Virus record (IMG/VR): IMGVR_UViG_3300032267_001204
Location: 1 to 64,000 of that record
From: a virus
Reading direction: 5' to 3' (one strand)
Length of the DNA: 64,000 nucleotides
In this document: piece by piece, positions 47,001 to 54,346 of the stretch
How the letters are laid out: each line of letters opens with the position of its first letter
How positions within the stretch are numbered: the stretch's first letter is position 1
Notes under the pieces: generated by a model
Told to the model about the DNA's origin: nothing
Database searches by the model: none
What the model saw: the letters and a program-made list of their open reading frames with translations, nothing else
Program-made: the position numbers and the translations under genes

Positions 47001-49784
47001 CATCTCGTCCAGAAGCGACGTCAGTTCGCGAGCCCGGGCGGACAAGGCTTCTCGCTGAGCTTGAGACAAGACGCGGCTGACCTCGATCCCGAGATCTTTA
47101 GCTTGCGCGGCGATAGACGCGGCAACGCCGCCAGATCGACCTTCCGCGTTGAACGCTCCGCGATCACTCCCCGCGAGCTTCTGGCGGACTTCGTTTAGCT
47201 CTTTTGTGTATTGCTCGCGCAGAGCTTTTCCCTCCGGAGTCTCATCTACTGCGGCCTGCTGCGGGTCCCGGGCGGCCCCTACGCCCGAAGCCTTGCTCGG
47301 CGCAGCGTCGCCCGGAACGTAATCTATTTTGTAGTTTCGAGGCTCGTCTCTTGTGCCGTCGGAAATGGAAACTGTGGTGGGGAGTCGAACGATTGCGTTC
47401 TTCAGCGCGGCGAGCCTTTGTTTTGCTTCGACGAGTGCGGTGGAAGCGGGATCGAGTGTTTGCGAAAGTTCAGCAACCTCTTGCTCCGCTGCCGCGATTT
47501 CTGCGGCGTTGCCACTGGCTCCAGACGGCACGAAAGCATCTCCGTCTTGAGTTCCGGCGATCCCGAGCACCTCATTCAATTCTTCGGGAGTCTTCGCCGC
47601 GTTGATCGCCGCATTAAATTCGTCTTCTTGGGTGCGAAGATCTTCGAGAGTCCGGTTCGCTATGAGGCCGAACTGACTCGGCTTAAGCTCAAACCGATTG
47701 TTAGTGTCGTCGTCTTGAAAAATGGCATTGCCGCTTTTGCGAAGGCCCACAAATCGAGCATTCCGAGTTCCTCCTCGGCCATCAGCGATGCTTACTTCGG
47801 CGCCCGAGTTCAGAGTTCCTACTCGATCGGTGAGGACGCTACCTTCTAACGCTTTGCGATTCTCGGCTTCTTGAGCTTCGCGTGCGGCCCGGGAGTTCGC
47901 CAGCTCACTGACGAATGTGGCGGCCCCCATGGCTTGGCGAGCGGCGGTCGTCGGCGCACGATTCAAACGCTCACGAAGCGCGGCAACTGCCGTCGCTTTT
48001 TGTTCGGCTTCTTTGGCGCTTAAGGTTTGATCGGCAAGCTCCTTTTCAAGGCGGGCGATCTCGGCTTCTGCCTCCTGCTTCTTGAGCGTCGCGTCGGCCT
48101 CGGAAAAATCAAACTGCCCTGAACCTAGAAGCACGAAGCCCGAATCCCCTGGCATATATGCGGGATCGGCCTCATGCGTTTCCTTGATGGGTTTTTGCCG
48201 AGGGGCGAGTTCCGGCTCGGCTTCCCCTTCGACCCCCGCTTCGCGCTGCGATTTGAAATACTCCAGCTCCTTGGCTAGGGCGGCACCTTCTATGGTTGTC
48301 ATGTCTAGAGGCGCTACGCGGACGCCGCCGAGATCAACCGCTGCGCCGACACGCCCGTCGTATTCGTTCTCTGGGTCGATGGCCGCCCATCCGACGTTCT
48401 CGTTGAAGCGGAACTTGAGGCCGTCCCTTTCGATCGGCTCCGACCACGCTCCCAGAATGTCCTGCGGGGTTTCGGGGGCAAGAGTTTCTTGGTCTTGGTC
48501 GTCCCCGTCGATTCCGTCTATCGCTTGCTTGGTGCGCGGCGCCAAGGACTCCAAAGTTCCTGCGCCGCCGCCAAGCATACCGCCGATTGTGGCGCCGGCC
48601 GCTCCCGCGACCATACGCTGCCTCCCTGCTCCAGGAGCGTTGAGCCGCTCTTCGATAGTCTGGTTCGGGTCGGCCATGCCGACGGCGGCCTGTTCGAGGC
48701 CGGTCTGGAGGTACTCGGTCGTTCCTTCCAAGGCCGAACCGATGGCCGCCCCTTTGGTCGCTCCAGCAGCAACGCGCCCGGGGAACTTCAAATTTAGCGG
48801 CTTGCTTTCGACGCCGAACATTTTGTTGACGCCCGGAATCTTCGAGGCCACGAATCCCTCAAACAAAGTATCCAGCGCGGCTCCGGGGACCGATGTGGCG
48901 AGAGCCGCCGTGACGGCTTCGCTACCGCCCTCACCCGTCTCATCGCGAACTTGGCCGTAGGTTCCGCCGGAAATCTGTCCCAGATTGGCGAGGTACGCGC
49001 CAGTCATGGCGCCGTACTTGGTGGCCTGCTTGACGCCTTCTTGGGCGGCCTTAGACCCGGCCATTGTCCCCGCTGTTTGCAGGCTCGTCCCCGCTGCGGT
49101 GGCCCGAGTAAGAAGCCCCTTGGTAAGTTGCTCCGCGACTTCACGCTCGGCCATCTCGCGGGTAATCTCACCGCCGGCTACGCGCTCGGCGGCTTCTCGT
49201 CCAATGGCTCTGCCAGCCATCCGCTTGGCGACCTGATTGGCGACCATCCGCTTGGCGAGCGATTTACCGACCGCGCCGCCGACGCCGCCTCCCAGAATCG
49301 AGGTCAAGAGCTGGGGGATCTGTTCGCCGAGGAGGCCGACGGCATAGCGGCCGGCATCGCCCAAGTCTTCGATATCTTCGAAAGGATCCTGGACCGAAGC
49401 GGCCTGCGTCGCCGCCTCTTCCATGGCCCGACGATAATTGTCGTAGCCCCAATCGGAGGCCCGCTCGATTCCCAGTCCGTCGGCGGCCAGCCCCAAGAAG
49501 CCGTAAGCCAGCCCTTCGAGCTGGTCCCCGCCCCGGCTCAACCCGACAGAGAACTCTTCTCCCAGAGTACGGGGGACGGCTTCGAATCTGGTTCCGACGT
49601 TTAACCCTCGGGAGCTGTCGGCCAACGAAGGCAAAAGGCTCTTAGCCGACTCCTGTTCTTGCTCGGGCGCAGATTCTTGGGGTATCGCCAGCTCGGCAGG
49701 TTCATCTAAAGACACCCGCCGCTGGTTTAACCCTTGAACTTTTTCTTCGTCTTCTTGCTCCAGAAGATAGTCGTACCAAGCCAT
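38061..49784 (-). CDS. Giant (3907 aa) polyvalent/internal virion (ejection) protein
   Basis: N-terminal Gly/Ala-rich membrane-like segments, long coiled coils, HELSH...EEF zincin motif, Pro-rich linker, LPD38-like C-terminus (LREFLPDWQKN). Confidence 0.8.
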   Translation of the reverse strand: MAWYDYLLEQEDEEKVQGLNQRRVSLDEPAELAIPQESAPEQEQESAKSLLPSLADSSRGLNVGTRFEAVPRTLGEEFSVGLSRGGDQLEGLAYGFLGLAADGLGIERASDWGYDNYRRAMEEAATQAASVQDPFEDIEDLGDAGRYAVGLLGEQIPQLLTSILGGGVGGAVGKSLAKRMVANQVAKRMAGRAIGREAAERVAGGEITREMAEREVAEQLTKGLLTRATAAGTSLQTAGTMAGSKAAQEGVKQATKYGAMTGAYLANLGQISGGTYGQVRDETGEGGSEAVTAALATSVPGAALDTLFEGFVASKIPGVNKMFGVESKPLNLKFPGRVAAGATKGAAIGSALEGTTEYLQTGLEQAAVGMADPNQTIEERLNAPGAGRQRMVAGAAGATIGGMLGGGAGTLESLAPRTKQAIDGIDGDDQDQETLAPETPQDILGAWSEPIERDGLKFRFNENVGWAAIDPENEYDGRVGAAVDLGGVRVAPLDMTTIEGAALAKELEYFKSQREAGVEGEAEPELAPRQKPIKETHEADPAYMPGDSGFVLLGSGQFDFSEADATLKKQEAEAEIARLEKELADQTLSAKEAEQKATAVAALRERLNRAPTTAARQAMGAATFVSELANSRAAREAQEAENRKALEGSVLTDRVGTLNSGAEVSIADGRGGTRNARFVGLRKSGNAIFQDDDTNNRFELKPSQFGLIANRTLEDLRTQEDEFNAAINAAKTPEELNEVLGIAGTQDGDAFVPSGASGNAAEIAAAEQEVAELSQTLDPASTALVEAKQRLAALKNAIVRLPTTVSISDGTRDEPRNYKIDYVPGDAAPSKASGVGAARDPQQAAVDETPEGKALREQYTKELNEVRQKLAGSDRGAFNAEGRSGGVAASIAAQAKDLGIEVSRVLSQAQREALSARARELTSLLDEMRTPFGPQPAPASDLSSEPAGPAWNNGRPIVARLTPVIRVPKGKAPVRPTKPQRQSLTNEERTAIYERLFEEEQAKVFAGGFFTNEAGELEAVPETPQRRDQKLRDAAIIARQRTDEAVRVRENEANSAQLDAYNEALSQFNLATNNRNVAKRRAITDIARHLNAGDVVPATPELVSLLQGDPDVKIERRLFRGRIAPTVVSVTWRGVDGKSSPVEVSQGSYDAPVKTGAGVRDETGRFVPEGTPVLAQNPLSFTLTNVSPPKNKAGRDQQRTIGEQDREALARLDAEEDAEIQQTQTALTGAIQNRDQARKTFDALLRGNNAALAERDRLDAEIRDAEIALAEIGSAARAPEKAGNTRGLTRQLNALRKAQDKDRQTLADAKAQLEQIEAALQTASQNATPNREAELRQAQAAVSSRAAEARKNVQSRALQLSALETRIDGESTLETLNERLTALAARRQELNAPEGKGGKLFGELSANAITNAEKEIRELREAVKKQPTGRFAASQLVREGLGGLNYEAQLREAETRLASLKAERKSRTDELTQIRSDAERIKRAIAGRTKRVNQSAGKLAEERAAIEGRLNTLREQRLGLVEAPNEQNALRAAEKAVVDLSARLEMLPNAYDKKRLEANRKSSAYRPLSFKKLSGVGSFTKIYQQDPARGFEAEKTRLSSSAVDLREAQQLNRRMAALPEAFSILYRQLLEGLEPFLGRTTGITVGGGSPLTNVESDDLRTLALKKAATSTMEQFVAAASGRTSTLPVATQVKIARRFAAALAAARAVKKPKPTEDLELKVRKAALDLGVRLNEPDFNDLAVLRDKIAARFRDNPDKTYAVKVFNETLDDLEKVISPKGKRRQVAKAGTEERLGKKDYDAIKKTVVSTDSSPEVDRFVDDLIKVSRITSSKAPPFKVAQAAVNAATKSIRRMRKEAPSTVSLDERFVPETLIAPQKEELEVGNVANATELTDDAPEEENTPGGSVGPELLRLVGEDKKLVSKLSTEDQKLFLGTFGLEWDPSQDRYWYKDPGKIARLEELVTATGRVDFSNLDPRLQEIIRYIQGDVSYNTLYGIPENNLIGKKAADWKPSATAERLLQQKENREILEWAKRGGNAGRISGRGLSAAGDGAVAGGAPRVSQSLGGPDPDPTGERGLRSPGGPDADRSGSVSSGAAQSVRGSRPRTRLLNRTVRTVAPRAARAYVASWSGLTSKDLEGYTDEQINRIVTAIETEGRATESTLAAGGNVIGQTSQPFADLLLTKSATELLAGMAATQAARRRGSNAAKLKIKRENIRKLIQSGAFKDIETFLKTVANDQSQSLKARSIAAAFVKLGPRLGWNDNVSLQIAGFGRNFNSQPLTEEEIDRRVKVKDGKITLTLGSKKKEITLDADPDKADAQIAAAQSEVEDDIIKSNAVTWSGRAAESDGAYSIYLNTNAVHDNREGGAIDTLLHELSHVVVNSKLNGLVELNSAERAAIQRLEGFRRQSIIAAGRSRGLDVPAKPTDAEVKIISDQLQEIAASESNQALISLTSLEEFVVEVTHNPEVAKQLATLGFGKGTFKGDFVAALKDVWNSIVALITGVQVDSSSPLAEGFSDSWRLNFSSVEGDAAPELIRSRMIDEMEAAVAQAQYIEEQLEAQDLAGTSEDRNRLAAEWPAVREARRQQAQQAQAEARREIRLPSGRVLRYRQGFAPTSGVAGVNVLPRGTEVILLEQASEAEAAEAGRSVDEIQQDISKKESDLRALKGILEGPLADLHAFKTQRRRNTNKPEDPRVREAAQKLGRNTFTPMADIEAELNLLYSELAAAKARQPAEPAKPVEPKPEPPPVEPKPEPDPEPPKEPPKKKKKAPAPDPDPEAAPEVSDADTTDADTTGESPRLKVVPEPKGTPAPKPTRKTDPEIDKAVQAMSRSEFVAWAQKTSRAEPVVIDGETKGDNFRPPSGGQMDSGVYWDLFNEKNQAAVEKRMRKRAPAPEVTVKRDPDSMTEQELNEIPSIRYSDSLGGKFERIFRDEVSKTPTGGTYVKGKFISAVDRLMDARGTDKFQSSRAGIKAEASRADANIRLLVRAVRDRNIDPRKITTALGNLDNPFTEAQMAEMTRVRLTDPEAAAELKDRYRRENRMKFRERQTAALKSLPRDVRVLVTQMRDHINVLQRRLKSEGLVSGDLEIAIDETLGIYLNRSYAIFDNPKWADRVRKNLKVMAGARGFLKKQLIEKAKERILNTATKSGTTISEAEAQRQATRSVAAADVETALEAALSVKDPTLEALSGRVMGQKNLSIFMSRGTIAPEIQALWGVYDNPETAYGKTILKMSTLIYNHRFLRELRELGLSEGWFSAQPEMRRDEDTGEFVVRGANFEEILRTTDRDAAETAFRDAFADWEAPTGFVKISDETNARLSPLAGVWGNRDIVEALYKMYPQSDAENAARLFAKATGLSMAMATVGSAAAQTRNYLSGYLKLLSTGALMPGSFSGKAIGLAHQTAIQEAFKNYGSGPKAYEKARQEIEKLIRLRVFGESVTANMIDDLVQDYRELGGARVQAGDAVTRKITQPFRKLWDFAQGTYAMSDNIMRAIVFYTERENYRRAYPKMSEAELDEKAAEISRDIYWTYSEAPQWVQELKRGPGLVVAPFITFTTEVVRTAINTLRLAASEIKSGNPELRSLGYRRIGGFGLAMTVPAVAAGGIAAMAGMTPEDEEDLREFLPDWQKNNQLLLFGRTGNTISYADISFFDGHEYFKKPFVAMMRAFGRAESMPEAIADGGVAMVGELMKPFVGEQIVFGAVTSVLRNVDAGGRRIYNPQDSGTNIAQAVGAHLAGAFVPGTAKTIYRGSLGVAGIVSDSGQQFSAAQEIGAIVTGTRIRQVDLDQALGFGASEFLRNKRDATSLFNRVLLSRGTQPPGAVAGSFDLTDQAQYRLTQEARRQYMAARRLGLPEPAAISRLRATGIGKDDLEDIASGIYRPFQPSKESLKNAAPERAREAQQAAGQAQERDL

Positions 49785-49825
49785 TGCTAAAAGTAGCGGT
49801 TGTTAGGTTATGATGCAACCGGACG

Positions 49826-52351
49826 CTATTCCCGTTTTTTGTAAACCCGCGAACCCTGCCACGCAGGACCGGGTTCTCTGCCGTCATATTTCCATCCCCA
49901 GATAGCGTTTACGGCGTCGCCTAACATGTTATCGGCTCCAGCGCCTTGGCGGCGCGAGCTTGGCTCTTCGGAGGGTTGATAATATCCTTCTTTTTCCAAA
50001 ATTGTTCGCTCTAAAGTATTCAGATTAGGCGCTTCGTTTGGATCTTCGGCTCGCTTAACCAGACGATTTACAATTTCTTTTTTTTGCAGGGGTGACTCTT
50101 TTTCTTCTGCGTACCAAGTTCCGTTGATTTGACGCAGCTCAAATTTCGCAGTCGGCGCTAACCCTTCAGCTTCGGCGGGCCAAGTTTCGGCCAAATAGTC
50201 TTTATCGCCCCAGCGGTTAGGCTCACTGTCGCGACCAAGTTTTATGATTTTCGGCGGCTTTCCATCGTATCTCCAACTGAAGTTTTTGGCGAACTCGTCT
50301 CGGAGTTCGGGATCGGACGACTCTTCTGGAGTCAGCAATTTTGAAATGGCTTCACCTAATCCAAAATCTAAGCCTCCTTGAATTCTTGAGGGCTGCTCAG
50401 ATTTGGGCGCTTCTTCGCGGCGCGGGACTTCGTCCGTAAGTTGAGCGCGAAGTTTCTTGAGCTCGGAATCGATGAGGCTCCATTGTTTTTTCGCCGACTC
50501 ATAGTCTAGTCGTCCGTCGGCTCCCGGCAAAGGAACGATCGCCGCTTGATCTTTTGTAAGCTGGGCGATTTGGAACTCGACGCTTGCTCGTTTGTTGAAC
50601 TTTGCCTGCTGAGCCTTCGCGCTGCTCGCTCGTGCGCTCAAAGCTTTGTACCTCTGGTCAGCAGTTTCTCGGTTCGAGGCGTCAACCGCATCCATATTTT
50701 CTGCCGTAAACGGATTCGGTTTGGCGACGTTGGCGGGTTTGGCTGCGGGCGCTGCGGGATTCGCGCTGCCCGTCATCGCTCCGATAGATTCATCGGTGAG
50801 ATCTTCGGGCGCGAAGATTGAAATCCCTTGCCGCCCCCTCGAAATCACGGGCCTACCAGAATCACGGGCCGCTTTCATGGCGGCTGCTCGGAGAGCTGGC
50901 AACGTCGCCTCGTCAACTTTCCGCGTGCGTGCGTCGTTATCGAAACGGTCGATATCCAAGACCGTGTCGTCGTTCGGCAGATTAAACGATTTATCGAGCT
51001 GGCTTCGCGTGCCATCGTCAGGTGCGGTGGCTCGCTTTTCGGACCAGATGCCGACATAATCGCGCGCCGTCATCGTCGGAGCCCCCGATACTTCGCGGTT
51101 TAGCCGTGAGATCTCCCGGTTAAGAAACTCTTTTTCTACTGGGTCAGTCGTTGCGGCCGCAGCGGTCGTCAGCGCATCTACCCGCTTCTTACCCAAGTCC
51201 AATAGTTTTTCCGGATCAGGGCCGCTTTGAGGTTTGCCAAGCAGAGCAGCAAAGGCTTCCTCTGTCTTTTCGGCGTTTCTTTTTTGCACCGCGCCTACAA
51301 GCTGAGCTGGGGTGTACGCGCCTTGGGAAGTCCGCGACAATTCGTCGTAAAGCCTCAACGAGTCGTCGTCAAACTTTCGCAGGGCGTCGTATTCTTGCGG
51401 CCCCAAGCCGAAACGCGTAGCGGCTTCGTCTAGAATTCGTTTTTGCGTTGTGCGGTATTTTCCTTGAATTCTCGGCGCCTCTTTGCGGCTGGAGTTGTAG
51501 ACTGCTGCGTTGATGTTTCGCTCTAGGTCCTTGTCCGCTTGGAGGAACCTCCGCAGATCAGACGGCCCTTGCGGCGTCTCGGTTTCGGCGTCCGGCTGGC
51601 TGGCAAATGACTTTGCGTCCCCGCCAGTATACGGCGTTTGGAAGTTTGTCAGGGGATTCTGGGACAATGTGCGGCTCGTTGAAGACATCACTTCGTCTTT
51701 CTCAAAGTCGCTAATCGGCTGAGAAACATCCTGCACGGGCGCGCCAGAGCCAACGGGCGCAAGTTCGGTCAAATCAAGGTCGGCCCCGAAGTTGTCCAGA
51801 ACGTTAGACCTAGGCGCCTCTGCAAAAGTTCGCAGTAACGGATTGTCGGCCGCCGCGCTTGTCGGTTCGGACAAAGACACCGGACCTGACCGATCCATCA
51901 TGTCTTGCGGCGCCATGCGACGCGCATCGTCCGAAATCGGAGCTGCTTGTTTCGTCGCTTGTCCTGGAGTCGCTTTGGGGGCGATTGCGCCAGGACCAAA
52001 AAGATCGCGGTATTGATCTGGGTAGAGTCCAGAAAAATCATCGTCACCTTCGAGGCTGCCTTGAGCTAAAGACCGCCGATATTCAGCAGTCGCCAAGGAT
52101 TCGCTGGCTGCCGCTTGGCTTGCCGTTATTTGGGCTCGCAGCCGCTCAAGCTCAAGCTGTGCCGCCGTAGCCGCGTAAGGCAGCGTCTCCCGCTTGATGG
52201 CGTTCTCGATGCCCTGAGCTTCTTGCAACCGAGATTCGGCTTGCTGCGCCAAAGCCGTGCGACGGCTTGCGTTAAAAGCTTCGACGCCGACGCCGATAGG
52301 ATTCCAATCCCAGGGCGGTGCAGTGCTAATTGGTTCGAATAGTGCGCGCAT
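49826..52351 (-). CDS. Putative internal virion/ejection protein
   Basis: 841 aa, Ala/Gln-rich, between the pilot-like and giant proteins. Confidence 0.6.
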   Translation of the reverse strand: MRALFEPISTAPPWDWNPIGVGVEAFNASRRTALAQQAESRLQEAQGIENAIKRETLPYAATAAQLELERLRAQITASQAAASESLATAEYRRSLAQGSLEGDDDFSGLYPDQYRDLFGPGAIAPKATPGQATKQAAPISDDARRMAPQDMMDRSGPVSLSEPTSAAADNPLLRTFAEAPRSNVLDNFGADLDLTELAPVGSGAPVQDVSQPISDFEKDEVMSSTSRTLSQNPLTNFQTPYTGGDAKSFASQPDAETETPQGPSDLRRFLQADKDLERNINAAVYNSSRKEAPRIQGKYRTTQKRILDEAATRFGLGPQEYDALRKFDDDSLRLYDELSRTSQGAYTPAQLVGAVQKRNAEKTEEAFAALLGKPQSGPDPEKLLDLGKKRVDALTTAAAATTDPVEKEFLNREISRLNREVSGAPTMTARDYVGIWSEKRATAPDDGTRSQLDKSFNLPNDDTVLDIDRFDNDARTRKVDEATLPALRAAAMKAARDSGRPVISRGRQGISIFAPEDLTDESIGAMTGSANPAAPAAKPANVAKPNPFTAENMDAVDASNRETADQRYKALSARASSAKAQQAKFNKRASVEFQIAQLTKDQAAIVPLPGADGRLDYESAKKQWSLIDSELKKLRAQLTDEVPRREEAPKSEQPSRIQGGLDFGLGEAISKLLTPEESSDPELRDEFAKNFSWRYDGKPPKIIKLGRDSEPNRWGDKDYLAETWPAEAEGLAPTAKFELRQINGTWYAEEKESPLQKKEIVNRLVKRAEDPNEAPNLNTLERTILEKEGYYQPSEEPSSRRQGAGADNMLGDAVNAIWGWKYDGREPGPAWQGSRVYKKRE

Positions 52352-52354
52352 AAA

Positions 52355-53878
52355 TCAAGTTCCTGTGGTTCTGAATCCGGATCCAGTCCATTGACGCCCC
52401 GTTGTAAGTGGCTGCGGAACCCAGCCGCCCATGCTGGGCATCCAGTTAGACGATTGATACCCGCCGGCCGTGGTCGCTGCGTTTAGCGAGTTGCGGTTGC
52501 TAAACGTATTAACCCCATTCATGGGCTGGCCGGTGTTGAACATTCCCGAGACAGTGTTCCAAAGCGAATTCGCGTTGTTCGTTGACGCGTTACTTTGGAC
52601 CGGCGCGTACGAAGCACTCCCGCTGGAACCGAAGCCCATGCCTCCTGCGGCCGCGCCTCCAAGAGCGCCGCCGATGGACGCGCCTGCCATCGTGCCCACT
52701 CCAGGAGCTATAAAGGTTCCGGCAATCGCTCCAGCGGCAGTCGTCAGTCCGGTGATTAAGCTGCCCCACCCCGCGTTACTGTCCCGCACTTCTTGAAGCT
52801 GATTCTGCCACGCGGTCGAGTTGATCGCTTGGCGCTGGTTGCCGTAATCCTGAAGCGCCGCGCCCATGACTGCCGCGGAAGTCCGATACGCCGCACCTAG
52901 CAAGTTAGCCGAGTTATCGGACGTTGCCGTGCCGCCGGCATACGTCCGGGCATTCATGTCCATCCCGCTGTTGAAGATGTCTCGGTACGCACCAGTTCTC
53001 GTGCCCAGCGCCGTGTTAAGCCCCGCCAGTTTGCTGTTTGCTAAAGCAGATTGTGCGCCAAGCAAACCAACGTTGTTGGCTTGGTTGATGTTCATCACGT
53101 CGCTGGCTTTCACGCCGAGCGTGTCCGCCACTTGGCCGGAGGTCACCTGCAACCCGTTGATCTGAGTGTCAAAAATAGACTTCGCCCAGTTCTGCGCGCT
53201 TTGATCGGCCTTCGCCATAAGGTCGAGCGACGTCAAGCCGAGGTTACGCGCCTGACTCGCTTGGCCCATCGACGAGGTCGCTCCGTAGCCGCCTTGGAGC
53301 GCGGCGTATGCTGAGTTCCTCTGGGTCGCGGCCATCACGTCGGCGGGCATCCGCCCCGAAAGCATATCGAGGTTGTTTCGTCCGGCCTGTTGTTGCTGGG
53401 CAATTTGGAAAGGATTGACGTCCGCGATGAGCTGCTGCCGCGTGTTAAACGCCGACTGAGTCAGCGCATCGGCGAATCGAATGAAGTTATCCTCGTTCGC
53501 CAGCATGTAATCGGTCGCCTCTTGCGCCGACCGCGTGGCAAGACCTTCCGACCGCTCGCCGTAATCTTTGATGTCTTGGCCGAGCTGGCTGTAAATTGGA
53601 TTGGCCGCGCTGTTGTACTGGGACAGCGCAGCCTCCGTACGATCCAAAAATGTGTCGCTTAGCGTCCCGAAACTACTGTTGTAGCCTGCCGCGTAGGTTC
53701 TCTCGCGATCGATAGCCGCCTGAGCCGCCTGTTGGGCTAATCGGCGATTCGCCGCATCGTTTTCACGCTGATATTGAAGAGTCTTTTCAGCGATTTCGTT
53801 TGCCTTTCTCTCGCGCTTCGAGTTGATGCCGCTGGTGGATTTTCCGCCCATGCTCATGCGGCCTCCTTTCCGATCCAC
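52355..53878 (-). CDS. Putative DNA pilot/ejection protein
   Basis: Gln/Ala/Asn-rich helix plus glycine zipper GAIAGTFIAPGVGTMAGASIGGALGG. Confidence 0.65.
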   Translation of the reverse strand: MDRKGGRMSMGGKSTSGINSKRERKANEIAEKTLQYQRENDAANRRLAQQAAQAAIDRERTYAAGYNSSFGTLSDTFLDRTEAALSQYNSAANPIYSQLGQDIKDYGERSEGLATRSAQEATDYMLANEDNFIRFADALTQSAFNTRQQLIADVNPFQIAQQQQAGRNNLDMLSGRMPADVMAATQRNSAYAALQGGYGATSSMGQASQARNLGLTSLDLMAKADQSAQNWAKSIFDTQINGLQVTSGQVADTLGVKASDVMNINQANNVGLLGAQSALANSKLAGLNTALGTRTGAYRDIFNSGMDMNARTYAGGTATSDNSANLLGAAYRTSAAVMGAALQDYGNQRQAINSTAWQNQLQEVRDSNAGWGSLITGLTTAAGAIAGTFIAPGVGTMAGASIGGALGGAAAGGMGFGSSGSASYAPVQSNASTNNANSLWNTVSGMFNTGQPMNGVNTFSNRNSLNAATTAGGYQSSNWMPSMGGWVPQPLTTGRQWTGSGFRTTGT

Positions 53879-54327
53879 TCAATTGGATCGTCATTCGCGG
53901 TGAAGAATTTCCACATTTCAAGGCTCGACTCCCGGGCGGCTTCGGGGCCTCGAAGGATCAATACGATCATCGGAGCCATCAGGAGATGGACGTCCCGGAG
54001 CGTCAACGCATAGGCGCGACCCCTCGGTCCTTCGCGCTCCAGCTCCACCGAATCCCGCCAAGCGATAACGGCTTGGAAAATAAGCGGCATCAGCTTCGCT
54101 TTATGCGCGTTGAAAAACTCGTTGGTCGGCAGCTCGACCAAAGCACCCCAGAAGGTCATGTCGATTTCTTCACGGGGCGGCAGTTCGTCTCCATCGACAA
54201 GGGCGTCCCAGAGTTCGGAGATGGCGCCAAGCGTTGTGATGAAAGCGAGCGCGCTTCGGTCTCCGCCAAACCATTCAAGCAGTTTGGCGTCCCGGTCGTC
54301 TCTCCATTCAAGTGAATCGTAGATCAT
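53854..54327 (-). CDS. Conserved hypothetical protein next to ejection genes
   Basis: WDALVDGD...LVELPTNEFF...AWRDS. Confidence 0.7.
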   Translation of the reverse strand: MIYDSLEWRDDRDAKLLEWFGGDRSALAFITTLGAISELWDALVDGDELPPREEIDMTFWGALVELPTNEFFNAHKAKLMPLIFQAVIAWRDSVELEREGPRGRAYALTLRDVHLLMAPMIVLILRGPEAARESSLEMWKFFTANDDPIEWIGKEAA

Positions 54328-54346
54328 GGGTTAACAGGTTATTATA

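Noticed and set aside
38061-49784. Virion RNA polymerase (N4- or crAss-like), suggested by size
   Set aside because: No recognisable single-subunit or double-psi-barrel RNAP catalytic motif was seen.
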